Below, piece after piece: positions 1-10,825 of a stretch of DNA of 64,000 nucleotides. The notes under the pieces were generated by a model. It made no database searches, had not been told where the DNA came from, and worked only from the letters and a program-made list of their open reading frames with translations. Where the stretch lies: the NCBI GenBank assembly GCA_047967505.1, contig CM106538.1. One strand, written 5' to 3'. This DNA is from Dipteris shenzhenensis. Lineage: Eukaryota. Numbering within the stretch: position 1 is the stretch's first letter; each line of letters begins with the position of its first letter. Made by a program: the position numbers and the translations under genes.

Positions 1-39
1 TTCTTTGGGGAATCTTCTACAAACACTCTCTTGATTCTA

Positions 40-74
<35 letters not shown>

Positions 75-594
75 AAACACACTAGGGCCCAGGACAATCG
101 TCGGGCTGGACCCCCCCGAAGGTTTTTATTCATGAAGAGAGAAGTCTATTACAAGAGTTCAGCGTAGAGCTGTCTGTTACAAAAATCCAACGTGAAATCC
201 ATATTACAAGAGCTTCAAGCGCATTTCAAATTGGCAACATGTCACTTGTCTAAAATCTAAATTAAGTCCTATTACAGCCACTAAGGGCAACTCTGGAGTC
301 TTCGAAGCACTTGGTCACGTGAACCGCCTCCTAGATGCTTGTTAGGCTCAGTAGCGCTTAGGAAAAATAACCCTTCCTAGTATCTGCAACAATTAATTAA
401 AGCGCACCACCATGGCACCCATTAATTGTTAGCGCTTTTGCATGCAAATAATAGACTGTAAACTAATCCTAGTCACAGGTGGGTGTCCCCATTGAACAAA
501 CATGTGCACAAAACATAGAACACAATTCTTGGTCGACCGAAGTCAACCCTCTTGGTCGTAATTAAAGAGCTTTATACTTCGTGAACAGTGTATT

Positions 595-1290
595 TGAGAG
601 AGAGAGAGAGAGAGCTCCTGCGAGCTTCCCCTCCCCCCTCGCCGTTAGCCCCTACCTCCCCTTCGCTCCCCCCCCCCCCCCCTCGCCGCGTCCACCTCCA
701 CCCCTCCCGTCCGCCCTCGACCCCCGTCCCCTCTCCTCCCCCCCCGCCAGCACCCCGCTACCCCTCGCCTCACCTCCGCCCCTCGCTCCATCCCGCCCCT
801 CGCCTCACCTCCGCCCCTCGCCTCACCTCCGCCCCTCGCTCCAGCCGCCCCTCGCTCCATCCCGCCCCCTCGCTCCATCCCCGCCCCTTACCTCCGCTCC
901 ATCCCGCCCCCTCGCTCCAACCCGCCCCTCGCCCCCGCTCCAACCCCCCCCCCCTCGCCGCCGCTCCAGCCCCCCCCTCCGCTCCATCCCGCCTCGCCTC
1001 GCCCGCCTCCGCTCCAGCCCGCCTCGCCTCGCCTCGCCCGCCTCCGCTCCATCCCGCCTCACCTCGCCCGCCTCCGCTCCATCCTCGCCCGCCTCCGATC
1101 CATCCCGCCTCGCCTCGCCCCCTCCGCTCCATCCCGCCTCGCCTCGCCTCGCCCGCCTCCGCTCCATCCCGCCTCGCCTCGCCCGCCTCCGCTCCATCCT
1201 CGCCTCGCCGCCGCTCCAGCCGCCCCCTCCGCTCTAGCCGCCCCCTCCGCTCCATCCCGCCTCGCCGCCTCACCCCCAGGCTCCACCGCC
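595..1290 (+). repeat. L1 5' UTR: (GA)n followed by a C-rich degenerate tandem array (CCTCCGCTCCATCCCG / CCTCG units)
   Basis: Repeated ctccgctccatcccgcctcgcctcg units visible from about 620 to 1290. Confidence 0.85.
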
Positions 1291-1356
1291 GCTTCATCTC
1301 TTCTTGGGTGGCAGCCTGTTTTTCTTCATCGGAAGCTTGCAGTTAGTCTTGGCGGT

Positions 1357-3402
1357 ATGGCGGCCCCCAGCCCGGATCCGGAGGCCCAGTCGGACCCTCC
1401 CTCTCCAGATGCCTACCGCGTTATCCTGACAGAGCAACAATCATCTCGTGTTCAGGAGGTAGCCAGTGACTTTGCTCGTACCTCTGTTTACGGTAGAGTC
1501 ATTGGACACTCCCCCTCCAGGTCTACCATCAGGGACTGGCTCCAGTCCACGCTCTTGCTAGAGGATGGCCATATCGAGGAGGTGGCCCTTATGGGAAGGG
1601 GCATCTTCTGGCTCAAACTCTCCAGTGAGAAAGCTGCGAGCAATCTGATTGCCGGTTCCCCCACATCGGTGGATGGGAAGATCATCATGATAGTCCCGTG
1701 GTACCGTGGTTTCAGCGCAGCGGATTTCGACACTCGGTTCCGTATACCTCGCCACCCAGTGACACTCGTTTTTCCAGGGCTTGCTACTGAGCTGCGGCCG
1801 ATTGTCAGGGACTTGGGCTCCCATTTTGGCTGGGTTATGCACGACACCTTTGCCGACGCGGTGACCACGGCAGGAGCTCCCCGAGTCCGTGTGGCTGTGG
1901 CGGATCCTGCGACTCTCCCTGCAGTGATCGAGATCGTTACAGGTGCCGGCAGTATCACCCAGAGCATGATAGTCACCGGACAGCCAGGTCAGTGCCTGCG
2001 GTGCCATGGCTTTGGGCACTTGGCGGCTACTTGTCCACGCTTTGCCAGCTCGTCTCGACCCTCCCCGCCCCCGCCCCCTCCGCCCCCACCTCCCCCCCCC
2101 GGACAGCCACGTCAGGAGGAGCCGAGGCAGTCGGAGCCTGGGCCAGAGGTAGTGGGCGGTTGGACCGAGGTTCGAAGGAAAAGAGGAAAGAATAAGAAGA
2201 TTTCGGATAAAGGCAAGGAGGCAGAGGTCACCATTCCTGCAGCAGCACTCCACAGGCCTGACAGGCAGATGCCCCAGGGACCTGGGAGAGCCTCTTCTTC
2301 GACGGCAGCCCGCCCTCCACAGCCTCAGATCCTCCTCTCTCCCACCCCCCCGCCTTCTCCCCGGTTTCCCCAGTTTCCCCCCCCTTCGCCCGCCCCGCAG
2401 TTTCAGCCCCCGCCTCCTTTTCCTCAGTCCCCTCCCCCTCCCCCTCCCCCTCCCTCTCAGCCCCAGTTCCAGATGCATCCCCATCCCCCTCCCCCCCCTG
2501 CTCCCCTCGCCCCTCCTACAGAGTTAGCTGCACCGTCGCCTTCCCAGCCGAGTGCAGCCTCCGCTCCACCTCCTCCACCTTCTCCGCCAGTCGCCTCCGT
2601 GGAGCCCGAGTCGCCTATCCCGCAGCCTCCTCCCCCTCCTCCCCCGCTTGCAGGACACCCGGTGTCTGTACCACCAGTGGAGCAGGTTTCCCTTCCCGCT
2701 AGCCCCCCAGTGGCAGACTCAGCTGGGTCTCAGCTCCAGGAGAGAGAGCTCCCTCGAGACTTTTACAGATCTGGCCCCTGGGACTACCTGGATGTGGCCG
2801 ACCTTGGGACCTTCCCGGCTTGTCTCGACATTAGTATCTTCATGCTCCGCAAAGGGGCGGATGGGAGGATTGGTGCCTTGGCTCCCAGGGATGGCCCTAG
2901 CTTCGCCTTCACGTTCCTCAGCGATGGCACCGAGACCTGGACAGACGACTCGGTGTGGGAGGCTCTCAGAGAGCAGACACACGCCCAGATTTGCTCCTGG
3001 ATAGGCCCGTCCGGTGGGCAGCTCCTCGAGACTCAGTGGTCCGAGGGCGATGTGCGCTTGCGGTGGCGTTGCGCTGCCAAACGTTTCCGATTGATTGTGA
3101 TCCTCAGACCCCCCCTGGCATGGCCTCTTCCCCAGGATGTCAGAGCTTGGTCCCAACAGAAACTCCGAACCTTCTACGGGATGACTGCTTCAGAGATCTC
3201 GAGCTGGCTCGAGAAAGCATTTGTTCATGGCACTAGAGGCCTCTCGCCTTTGCTGAAGGTGTTGAAGAACGGGCAGGACGACCCCGTCTCCCCCTCCAAA
3301 CCTTCTCACAAGCGGCAGCGCCTCCACTCCGATCTGTCTGATTCTTCTTCGACTTCTTCTGCGAGCAGACAGCTGTTCGCAGCCCCCCATCCCTCTCCAT
3401 GA
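1357..3402 (+). CDS. L1 ORF1 protein (DUF4283-like N-terminus, CCHC zinc knuckle, Pro-rich linker, unknown C-terminal domain)
   Basis: 681-aa ORF; CLRCHGFGHLAATC knuckle; GWTEVRRKRGK basic motif; lies directly before ORF2. Confidence 0.85.
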   Translation: MAAPSPDPEAQSDPPSPDAYRVILTEQQSSRVQEVASDFARTSVYGRVIGHSPSRSTIRDWLQSTLLLEDGHIEEVALMGRGIFWLKLSSEKAASNLIAGSPTSVDGKIIMIVPWYRGFSAADFDTRFRIPRHPVTLVFPGLATELRPIVRDLGSHFGWVMHDTFADAVTTAGAPRVRVAVADPATLPAVIEIVTGAGSITQSMIVTGQPGQCLRCHGFGHLAATCPRFASSSRPSPPPPPPPPPPPPGQPRQEEPRQSEPGPEVVGGWTEVRRKRGKNKKISDKGKEAEVTIPAAALHRPDRQMPQGPGRASSSTAARPPQPQILLSPTPPPSPRFPQFPPPSPAPQFQPPPPFPQSPPPPPPPPSQPQFQMHPHPPPPPAPLAPPTELAAPSPSQPSAASAPPPPPSPPVASVEPESPIPQPPPPPPPLAGHPVSVPPVEQVSLPASPPVADSAGSQLQERELPRDFYRSGPWDYLDVADLGTFPACLDISIFMLRKGADGRIGALAPRDGPSFAFTFLSDGTETWTDDSVWEALREQTHAQICSWIGPSGGQLLETQWSEGDVRLRWRCAAKRFRLIVILRPPLAWPLPQDVRAWSQQKLRTFYGMTASEISSWLEKAFVHGTRGLSPLLKVLKNGQDDPVSPSKPSHKRQRLHSDLSDSSSTSSASRQLFAAPHPSP

Positions 3403-6400
3403 GCCTACACCTCGTATCCTGGAATGTGAACGGGTTTCACTCTTCGAGTACCCGTGGTCCCAGGAAGCTCATTTTGCGTCAGGAACTTCAGCCTGCAGTG
3501 ATTGGTCGATTGGATGTACTGCTGCTCCAGGAGCACAAGCTTTCTGCGGCTCATGCCCGTAGCTGCGGGAAGGTTCTCCCCGGACGCTCCTACACTTATT
3601 GGGAGCCTTCGATCGGCGCACAGGGGAGGAGCGGGGGGGTCTGTACCTCCGTGTGCGAGCAGTTAGCTCAATCAGTTTTCGGTCACGGCACGTTGATCCC
3701 AGGCCGAGCCCTTTGGGTAGGCCTGAATTTGGAGGGATCCAAGATAGGAATCCTCAACATTTATGCTCCCACAGACCTCAGATGCAGAGCCACCTTCTGG
3801 AGGACACTTACAGGGAGTCTTCCAGACATGGATTCCTGGATTGTTGGAGGAGACTTCAACAACCTGGAGACCTTGGAGGACCAGCAGGGTAGAGATCCGG
3901 AGTTCACAGGTATGGCTCAGGCAGAGCAGTCAGCTTGGGATTCTTTCATCTTCGCGACAGGAGGGAGGGACAGTTGGAGAGACCCGTCCTTCCGGCGTTG
4001 GCACGGGAGCCTGGACTTCTCTTGGGGCTTCCGCAGGGAAGGAGGCAGACTCCTGGAGCGGCTTGATAGGTTTTATGTCAGCGATTGGGCCATCAGCAGA
4101 GGTGGCCAGGCGGGCATTGTTCCAGGGACGACACTATCCGACCATGCGCCTGTGCTCCTCTCATTAGATTCGGCAGCCCAGACTCTCCCCCCCCGATCAT
4201 GCAGGATTCCCGATTCCATCTTCTCGAGGGCGGACGTCCGTAGCAGCATTTGCAGTCTTTGGGACAGAGACTGGGGGGAGGGCATGGATCTGGTAGACTC
4301 GGTCGCGCAGGCTCTGCAGGAGTCCAGCCAGATCTGCCAGCTCGCAGCCCTACAGGTTCGACAGGATTGGTGGGGCAGAGAGAGAGCTCTTCGGAGGGAC
4401 CTCGCCTCCATTCAGCGACTTCAGCAGTCTTCCCCGGGCTCGGAGGAGCTTCGGATCCAGGCCCTTCGAGCCAGAGCCCTCTTGGAGGAGACCCTCCAGC
4501 GTCGCTCCGAGTTCTCCTTTCACGCCTCTCTCTCCTTCTGGGCCCGGAAGGGTGACCGGATGTGCAGGGAGTTCTTCAGGACACACGGCCAGAGAGCTGC
4601 AGGTGATCAGCTACGGAGTCTCAGGACAGCGGATGGTCACATTGTTACGGACCCGGGGGAGGTCCTGGGGTTGGCCACTGACTTCTACAGGACCCTCTTC
4701 CAGCAGGAGCCACTTGCCCCTCGTGCTAGTCGTGACCGTGAGGAGGTGTGGAGGCACATTCCATCCCTGGTCCAGCCCAGCATGCAGGCGACGTTGTTGG
4801 CGCCGTTCACCGCGGACGAGATGTTGGAGGCCTTGATGGCTATTGATGGGCAGAAATGCCCAGGTGAGGATGGGCTATCCCGAGCTTTCTTCACCTCCTT
4901 CTGGGACCAGATCCATCAGCCCCTCCTTGCAGCTCTGCAGGGGATTTTCAGCAGCGGTCAGATGCCAGAGAGCCTTTCCTCGGGACTGATTTGCCTCATC
5001 CCGAAGGGAGGAGATAGACAGGAGATCCGCCAGTGGCGTCCGATCACTCTCCTTACCACTGCCTACAAAATCCTCGCCAAGATGATCAGTGCCAGAGTTC
5101 GACCTCTACTCCCAGACCTCGTCCATGACACTCAGACAGGCTTTGTCCAGGATCGCAGTATCCTGGATAATGTCTTCACCTTTTCAGAGGCGGCGGAGTG
5201 GGCTCAGTACAGCGGTTCACACCTTGCCATTTTACTTCTCGACTTCGAGAAGGCCTACGATCGCGTGGATTGGTCCTTTTTGGAGGGGACTCTGGAGCGA
5301 CTAGGTTTCCCGGCAGGCTGGATTCAGGGTATCTCAGCTTTGTACAGGACAGCGTCTAGCAGAGTCATCATTGGAGGTAGGATGGGTGAGCGTTTCAGCT
5401 TGGAGAGATCAGTACGTCAGGGCTGCCCCCTGGCTCCTTATCTGTTTCTCTTCTTCGCCGAGGCCATGACTTACTACCTTCGGGCGAGGTCCACAGGGCT
5501 CAGGGGTGTTCGCCTTCCACTCCGGGAGGACACGGAGCTTCTGGACTCAGAGTACGCAGATGATACAGCCCTTTATGTCCAGGACGATGAGAGGATGCTA
5601 GAGAGGGTGCGGATGGCCCTGGAGGTTTTCTGCTCGGCCGCTGGTGCGAAAATCAACTGGAACAAATCAGTTGGTTTTCTCACAGACCCGGGGGCGTGTT
5701 CTCAGTGGGGGCGATTCCTGGGCTTTAGATGGATTCCACGTGGACAGACAGCTAGATACCTTGGCTTCCAGGTTGGCCTAGACATTACGCCAGCTCAGCA
5801 GTTTCTCCCGGTGCTAGATTCCATCCGACGGAAGCTGGCTTTCTGGAGCACTGCTAAGCTGTCCCTTGCAGGTCGTGCTTTAGTAGTTAACCAGGTCCTT
5901 CTAGCCACGGCTTGGTATGTGGCTTCCTGTTGGTGCTTCTCGAGATCCAGCGTGGCACAGCTCAGGAGGTTGGTTCGGAACTTTCTTTGGTCTGGGGAGG
6001 ATGGGCAGAGAGATACCAGAGCCAGGGTTGCTTGGCAGACAGTCATTCTTCCGCAGGCGGAGGGGGGTCTGGGGGTCATTGATCCAGAGCTTCAGAGTCA
6101 GGCCTTGTTAGGCAAGCTTATCATCCGCGGTTTGACCCCAGGGGGGCAGACGTGGAAGATGTTACTTCAGCAGGGAGTCGGCTCTTGTGTCCCGCGCCGA
6201 GGTGGAGAGTGGCTACCGTCCTTCAGGTGGATCTTCACTTCCGCCCCGCTCACTCAGCCCCGCTCCCCACTCGTTCGTAGCCTCCTCATGGTTTGGAGGC
6301 GGCTCCGTCTCAGTCTCATTCAGTCCCAGCCCAGCTGTCAGGAGGAGATCGATCGCCAGCCGCTCGTCTGGAATGGGCAGGTCAGAGACGCCGAGGGCCT

Positions 6401-7793
6401 TCAGCTGGGGGAGAGATCACATAATATCAGGTGGGACGGCTGGATGAGGGGGCCAGCCAGGTCCCTTCGAGTTTGGAGGGACACGTACAGACATCTGGAG
6501 ATGGCCGATCTGGCAGACGCAGCGGGAGGTGCACGCGGAGTCCAGGCGAGACGCACGGAGATCGACGGTGCGATCCCAGCCGCTTGGTTGGCTCCACCTG
6601 AGCCTCAGGTCCTCATGCCTGGAGACACCCACTGGCTGGGACAGTTCACCCCCCGTGGCATCCCACTGGTGGTCGCAGGACGTTTGGATGACTCCTCTAT
6701 CGCCTTCTTCGCGGTTTCAGGGGACGGACGACTCAGGAGAGAGGATGCGCTCATTGACCCCCTACTCCCATGGCAGAGGGTTAGGGTCGTAGGCCTTCTG
6801 GGGAAGGTCTGGCATACCGACCCTAGTATCGAGCAGGACCAGTTGCAGCTTTGGCGTCTTTGGCTCTGGGAGGGGCGGGCCTTGTCAGAGCTTGAGTGGG
6901 ACCCAGGAGAGTGGTGGTGGCCAGAGATTGTGACAGGACAGGGGCAGACTTCCTTCTTCGCTTACAGCACGACTCTGGGCAGGCGAGTTCTCGGGAGGAT
7001 GCAGAGCCGCCCCCCCACCCAGCGTCCTAGCTGGTACGCACAGGGTATTTCCAGGTTCTTTTTGCAGGCTTTCTGGAAGGCCTTGTGGGAGAGCTGGCGG
7101 CCGCGGAAGATCTCATACTTCCTGTGGCTTCTTACCCACAAAGGTCTTCCAGTGGGGAGCTGGTTGAGGCAGATAGGCCAGGACGGTTGCTGTCAGATTT
7201 GCCATGCGGATGAGGAGTCACCAAAACACTGCCTGTGGAGCTGCATGCGCGCCCAGGAAGTGTGGAGGTGGACTTTCGGGCTTCTTACTCGTGCAGCACC
7301 AGAGCTAGGAGTGATCACTTGGGGCGCGTTCTGTTGGTGCAGCACCGCACCTGGTCTTCATCACTTGTTCGAGGCATGCCAGCAGGACCCCACTTTCCTT
7401 ATCACACAGGGGACGTGGGGGCCGCTCGAGGGTATCCCACAGCACCTAGCAGAGGCTGATACAGGAGTTCGGGAGAGGCAGCCAGTCTGGGAGATTATCA
7501 GCAGCATTACAGGATGGCACATCTGGACCTCGCGCTGCGCGCAGATCCTCGGTGGCACCTCCTTATCGACTGCCCAGATCATGGCGGAGATTTGGAGTGA
7601 GATTATTCATACCCTCAGAGGCCAGTGGGACCAGATTCAGGGAGACTCCCGGGCTGGTCAGGAGAAGCGGAGACGCTTCCTCCAGGCTTGGGATTCACAG
7701 AGCCTCTTCTTCGAGCAGACTACGCAGGGCCTTCGGTGGCACTACTCACCACCCCGATGGCTGTTCATTCACACTCAGCATATTCCTCCGTGA
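3399..7793 (+). CDS. L1 ORF2: APE endonuclease, reverse transcriptase, zf-RVT zinc finger
   Basis: 1464 aa; SWNVNG, LQEHK, GGDFN, RLDRFY, SDHAPV (EN); WRPITLL, DFEKAYDRV, RQGCPLAP, YADD (RT); CQICHADEESPKHCLWSC (zf). Confidence 0.95.
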   Translation: MSLHLVSWNVNGFHSSSTRGPRKLILRQELQPAVIGRLDVLLLQEHKLSAAHARSCGKVLPGRSYTYWEPSIGAQGRSGGVCTSVCEQLAQSVFGHGTLIPGRALWVGLNLEGSKIGILNIYAPTDLRCRATFWRTLTGSLPDMDSWIVGGDFNNLETLEDQQGRDPEFTGMAQAEQSAWDSFIFATGGRDSWRDPSFRRWHGSLDFSWGFRREGGRLLERLDRFYVSDWAISRGGQAGIVPGTTLSDHAPVLLSLDSAAQTLPPRSCRIPDSIFSRADVRSSICSLWDRDWGEGMDLVDSVAQALQESSQICQLAALQVRQDWWGRERALRRDLASIQRLQQSSPGSEELRIQALRARALLEETLQRRSEFSFHASLSFWARKGDRMCREFFRTHGQRAAGDQLRSLRTADGHIVTDPGEVLGLATDFYRTLFQQEPLAPRASRDREEVWRHIPSLVQPSMQATLLAPFTADEMLEALMAIDGQKCPGEDGLSRAFFTSFWDQIHQPLLAALQGIFSSGQMPESLSSGLICLIPKGGDRQEIRQWRPITLLTTAYKILAKMISARVRPLLPDLVHDTQTGFVQDRSILDNVFTFSEAAEWAQYSGSHLAILLLDFEKAYDRVDWSFLEGTLERLGFPAGWIQGISALYRTASSRVIIGGRMGERFSLERSVRQGCPLAPYLFLFFAEAMTYYLRARSTGLRGVRLPLREDTELLDSEYADDTALYVQDDERMLERVRMALEVFCSAAGAKINWNKSVGFLTDPGACSQWGRFLGFRWIPRGQTARYLGFQVGLDITPAQQFLPVLDSIRRKLAFWSTAKLSLAGRALVVNQVLLATAWYVASCWCFSRSSVAQLRRLVRNFLWSGEDGQRDTRARVAWQTVILPQAEGGLGVIDPELQSQALLGKLIIRGLTPGGQTWKMLLQQGVGSCVPRRGGEWLPSFRWIFTSAPLTQPRSPLVRSLLMVWRRLRLSLIQSQPSCQEEIDRQPLVWNGQVRDAEGLQLGERSHNIRWDGWMRGPARSLRVWRDTYRHLEMADLADAAGGARGVQARRTEIDGAIPAAWLAPPEPQVLMPGDTHWLGQFTPRGIPLVVAGRLDDSSIAFFAVSGDGRLRREDALIDPLLPWQRVRVVGLLGKVWHTDPSIEQDQLQLWRLWLWEGRALSELEWDPGEWWWPEIVTGQGQTSFFAYSTTLGRRVLGRMQSRPPTQRPSWYAQGISRFFLQAFWKALWESWRPRKISYFLWLLTHKGLPVGSWLRQIGQDGCCQICHADEESPKHCLWSCMRAQEVWRWTFGLLTRAAPELGVITWGAFCWCSTAPGLHHLFEACQQDPTFLITQGTWGPLEGIPQHLAEADTGVRERQPVWEIISSITGWHIWTSRCAQILGGTSLSTAQIMAEIWSEIIHTLRGQWDQIQGDSRAGQEKRRRFLQAWDSQSLFFEQTTQGLRWHYSPPRWLFIHTQHIPP

Positions 7794-7936
7794 GAGTATG
7801 ATTTATTATGCTACCTTTTGGGCTGCGTCCGGTTTGTGAACGCAGCCCGTCAGCTATAAGCTGACCTCTTGTATCTTGTTCTCGAAGTAATATAATTAGA
7901 ACTGTTTTTTCGGCAAAAAAAAAATTAAAGAGCTTT

Positions 7937-8230
7937 GACCAATGGTCATGGCACCTTAATTATGGCCAAGTCTCTCCAACCGAAGCTGGCACAACTTGGT
8001 TAACTGTAGTTAACCCTCTTGGCATGTGCCAAGTCTCGATGACCGAAGTCAACACTCTTTGACCGTAGTCAGCTCTGTGATTCTCTGGTTAACCGTAGTT
8101 AACCCTCTTGGTAATAAACCAAGTCTCCCCGACGAAGTCAGGCTTACTTGACTAGAGTCAAGTATCTTTGACTGTAGTCAATTCTTTGACCATTAAAAGA
8201 ACTCTTTGACCATAATTAATCACATATGAA
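7937..8230. repeat. Degenerate short tandem array (GTAGTC/TAACCCTCTTG-type units) of the older repeat that the L1 interrupted
   Basis: Units such as gtagttaaccctcttgg recur at 8006-8022 and 8095-8112; the same unit (agtcaaccctcttgg) flanks the L1 on the left at 541-555. Confidence 0.6.
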
Positions 8231-8439
8231 AACTCTTTAATTCTGATCAAATAAATGGTCAATAGTACTTTGACTTAGGATATTTACATTGTGGTGACAC
8301 AGAGAGTGACCAGAGCACACTCTATTGAGGTCTATCCTATCAAAGCTTTCCTCAGGGGAGACCGCCCAAGACAAGGGGCCACTCTGAACATAGCCCAGCA
8401 AGTTTAGAGACCAAGGAGACCACGGCCCTCTCCGCACCA

Positions 8440-9171
8440 CAGCATGAGACAGTCCAACAGACGTAGATACGAGACATTTTTGCCACTCACAGATAAACCA
8501 CCACGGTGCAAGGCTTTGGCTTTTGAGCCTGAGCCTAAGTCTCAGCTCTTAGCATACGTCACCTCTCATATAGTTGCTAGTCTCTGGGTTATATCTGATT
8601 TTGCTCGAGCTATTGAGCTTTGTAGAGTTATTAGTTTTTTAGTTTATCAGTTTAACAGTCTTAGCACTAAGCAAGGGCCTTAGTGCGCCCATTGCTCCAA
8701 CCCACCGAGGCTTGAATGAGATCATCCTTTTTGGTGTACTTTGTACCTTGTCCCATAGGCCCACGAGGCCTTCCGCGGATGTTAAAACATCTCTCTCTCT
8801 CCTTCGTTAAAACATCTCTCTCTCTTCATCGAGGTGATCGCCAGAGTCGAGAAGTCACTCTTGACATGGCACGCCGAGTACAGAAATCTCAGACCCCCCG
8901 GCCAATATGAGAGACAACGCGACAGACATAGATCCGAGACATCCTTGCATCTCATAGGAAGGCCACCATGGCACCTAGATATGCCTTTTGAGTTTCTGAG
9001 TGTCCTTTGTGTATCAGGCTTGAGTTTTGAGTTATGATTTTCTTTGTGTTTTCTTAGCACTCTGCAAGGCTCTTAGCAAACCCATTACTTCAGCCCACTG
9101 TGGCTTGTATGAGTCATTCTGTGATTGTACTTTGTCTCATAGGCCCCCAAGGCCTCTCAAAGACGTTAATA

Positions 9172-9205
<34 letters not shown>
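8440..9205 (+). mobile_element. Two tandem 3'-end fragments of an RTEX-like LINE family ending in (CT)n
   Basis: Each carries the ttgtc(c/t)cataggcc-N5-ggcct motif then a CT run (about 8750-8826 and 9130-9203), as at 30860-30940 and 34470-34530. Confidence 0.6.
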
Positions 9206-9207
<2 letters not shown>

Positions 9208-10262
9208 GTCAGTGGAAGGAGCAGGCCCTAGATGACGAGAAGGCTATGGGGAGGCGTCGTTAAAGAAATGGGAGATGCTTTGAAGAAATGCATGTGCCAA
9301 AGGGTCAATCCACATTGGGGGATCTCAACATCCACATAAAGAAAGACTCGTGATATGCATTGAGAAAGTCAAGGCCCACGATGCAGCAGATCGAAGCATC
9401 AGATGCCTTGAAGGCTTACCAAATCCGCATGCATGATTAACAAGAATTAATAAAAACTTGTAAGGTAACTAACAAAGGGCAGAAATTGAGCACAAATTGG
9501 AAGAATAAGCTAAAAGAACTTTGTGCAACACATGCAACTCTCATGCAAAAGACAAGAGACCTCGCGCAAAACCAAGCACATGAGAAGAATGCAATAGAAC
9601 TACAATGCAAGCGTCAAATACATTCTTTCACACTGAAAATGAGATTCACAAAATGACAGACTAGATGTGTTGGATCCTATGATATATAATGTAATGGTTA
9701 GGTACTGGCAGAGTTTTTTTTCTCTTCCTATGATATATAATGACAGAATAGATGTGCTGGATCATATGATATATAATGTAATGGTGAGGTGTTGGAAGAG
9801 TCTTTTTCTTCCTAAAACAGTAAAAAAGAGAGACTCAACAAATGATGTCACTAGGAAAAGACCAAGAAACACAGTAAGAGATGGTGTTGTCTGACACCAA
9901 AAAGGTCAAGAGAACCAATACTCAAGCCAAAAAAGTTCGATTAGAAAGCCCCCAAGCATGCATGATACTTCTCTGCTACATTTGAAGTAGCGCAACACAA
10001 TTTCAAAAGCAGGAGCATTTATGTGAGAGGTGCCATTCAGATCCTTTGTCCCATATACATATGGTAATTGAGTGTGTCTGTCCACTCTATATGAGTGTTG
10101 TACTTTCACTTATCACATCAATCAACTCAATGGAGCTTTTGGTCATGTAAGTGATTCATTTTGGTTCTTGCCTTTCCTTCCATTTCATTTCATTTCCAGT
10201 TCAAGGTATGCTTGCTTCCTTCTACCTCCCTTGTCTCCTTTCCTCCTTCCAGTTCCTTCATG

Positions 10263-10274
10263 TGGTATCAGAGC
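10263..10274 (+). other. Primer-binding site (tRNA-iMet) of a Copia-type element
   Basis: TGGTATCAGAGC, 2 nt after a ...CA end, upstream of a gag ORF. Confidence 0.75.
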
Positions 10275-10825
10275 CATGTCCCCTTTCTAGCTTTCCCTTC
10301 CTTGGGCAAACCTTAGGAGTTAGGTAGCCCAGAAATGGAAGCTACCTTCTCCCAAAGGGCAGCCCTTCCCTCAAGCTCTAGCCTTATCATGGAGATCCAA
10401 ATGCCCGACTTGGAGGAGTTGCCCATCATCGACTTGCTGCTAGCTGAATTGGAGGAGCTGCTCATCGTCAACTTTCTACTACGCTTGCTCCCCGCTGCCC
10501 GTGCTGCCCGTGCGCCCCTTTTCCTGCTCGCTACCTCCTACCCGCTGCCTTCCTGCACTGCCTCCATCTGCCTCTCTTTCTGCCCGCTACCTCCTACTCA
10601 CTGCCTTCCTTCGCACCTGCCTGTTGCTGCTGCTGCTGCAAATTCGTCATCTTGCAGCCTCTTGTCCACCACGACTTAGGCTCAAATGTTCCAGCCATCT
10701 GTGAAGCTGTCCTGCACCTCGTGATCTGCTACAGCATTCGGAGCTATCCTGCTGCAGTTCGAGGCATATAATTGCTGGTGATTCATTTCAGTTTGTTGTC
10801 CATCTTCACGAAGTCATTTTCCATT

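Larger units (their letters stand above)
574..7922 (+). mobile_element. Full-length, apparently intact L1-clade LINE retrotransposon
   Basis: Two long ORFs (ORF1; EN-RT-zf ORF2), A-tail at 7915-7924, perfect 14-bp TSD AATTAAAGAGCTTT at 560-573 and 7923-7936. Confidence 0.95.

Noticed and set aside
581-1346. Pro/Arg-rich ORFs on both strands as an 'ORF0'
   Set aside because: Stop-poor low-complexity repeat; the plus-strand ORFs lack ATG starts
7937-8230. Spaced repeats resembling a CRISPR array
   Set aside because: Degenerate units, no unique regular spacers, no cas genes, eukaryotic context
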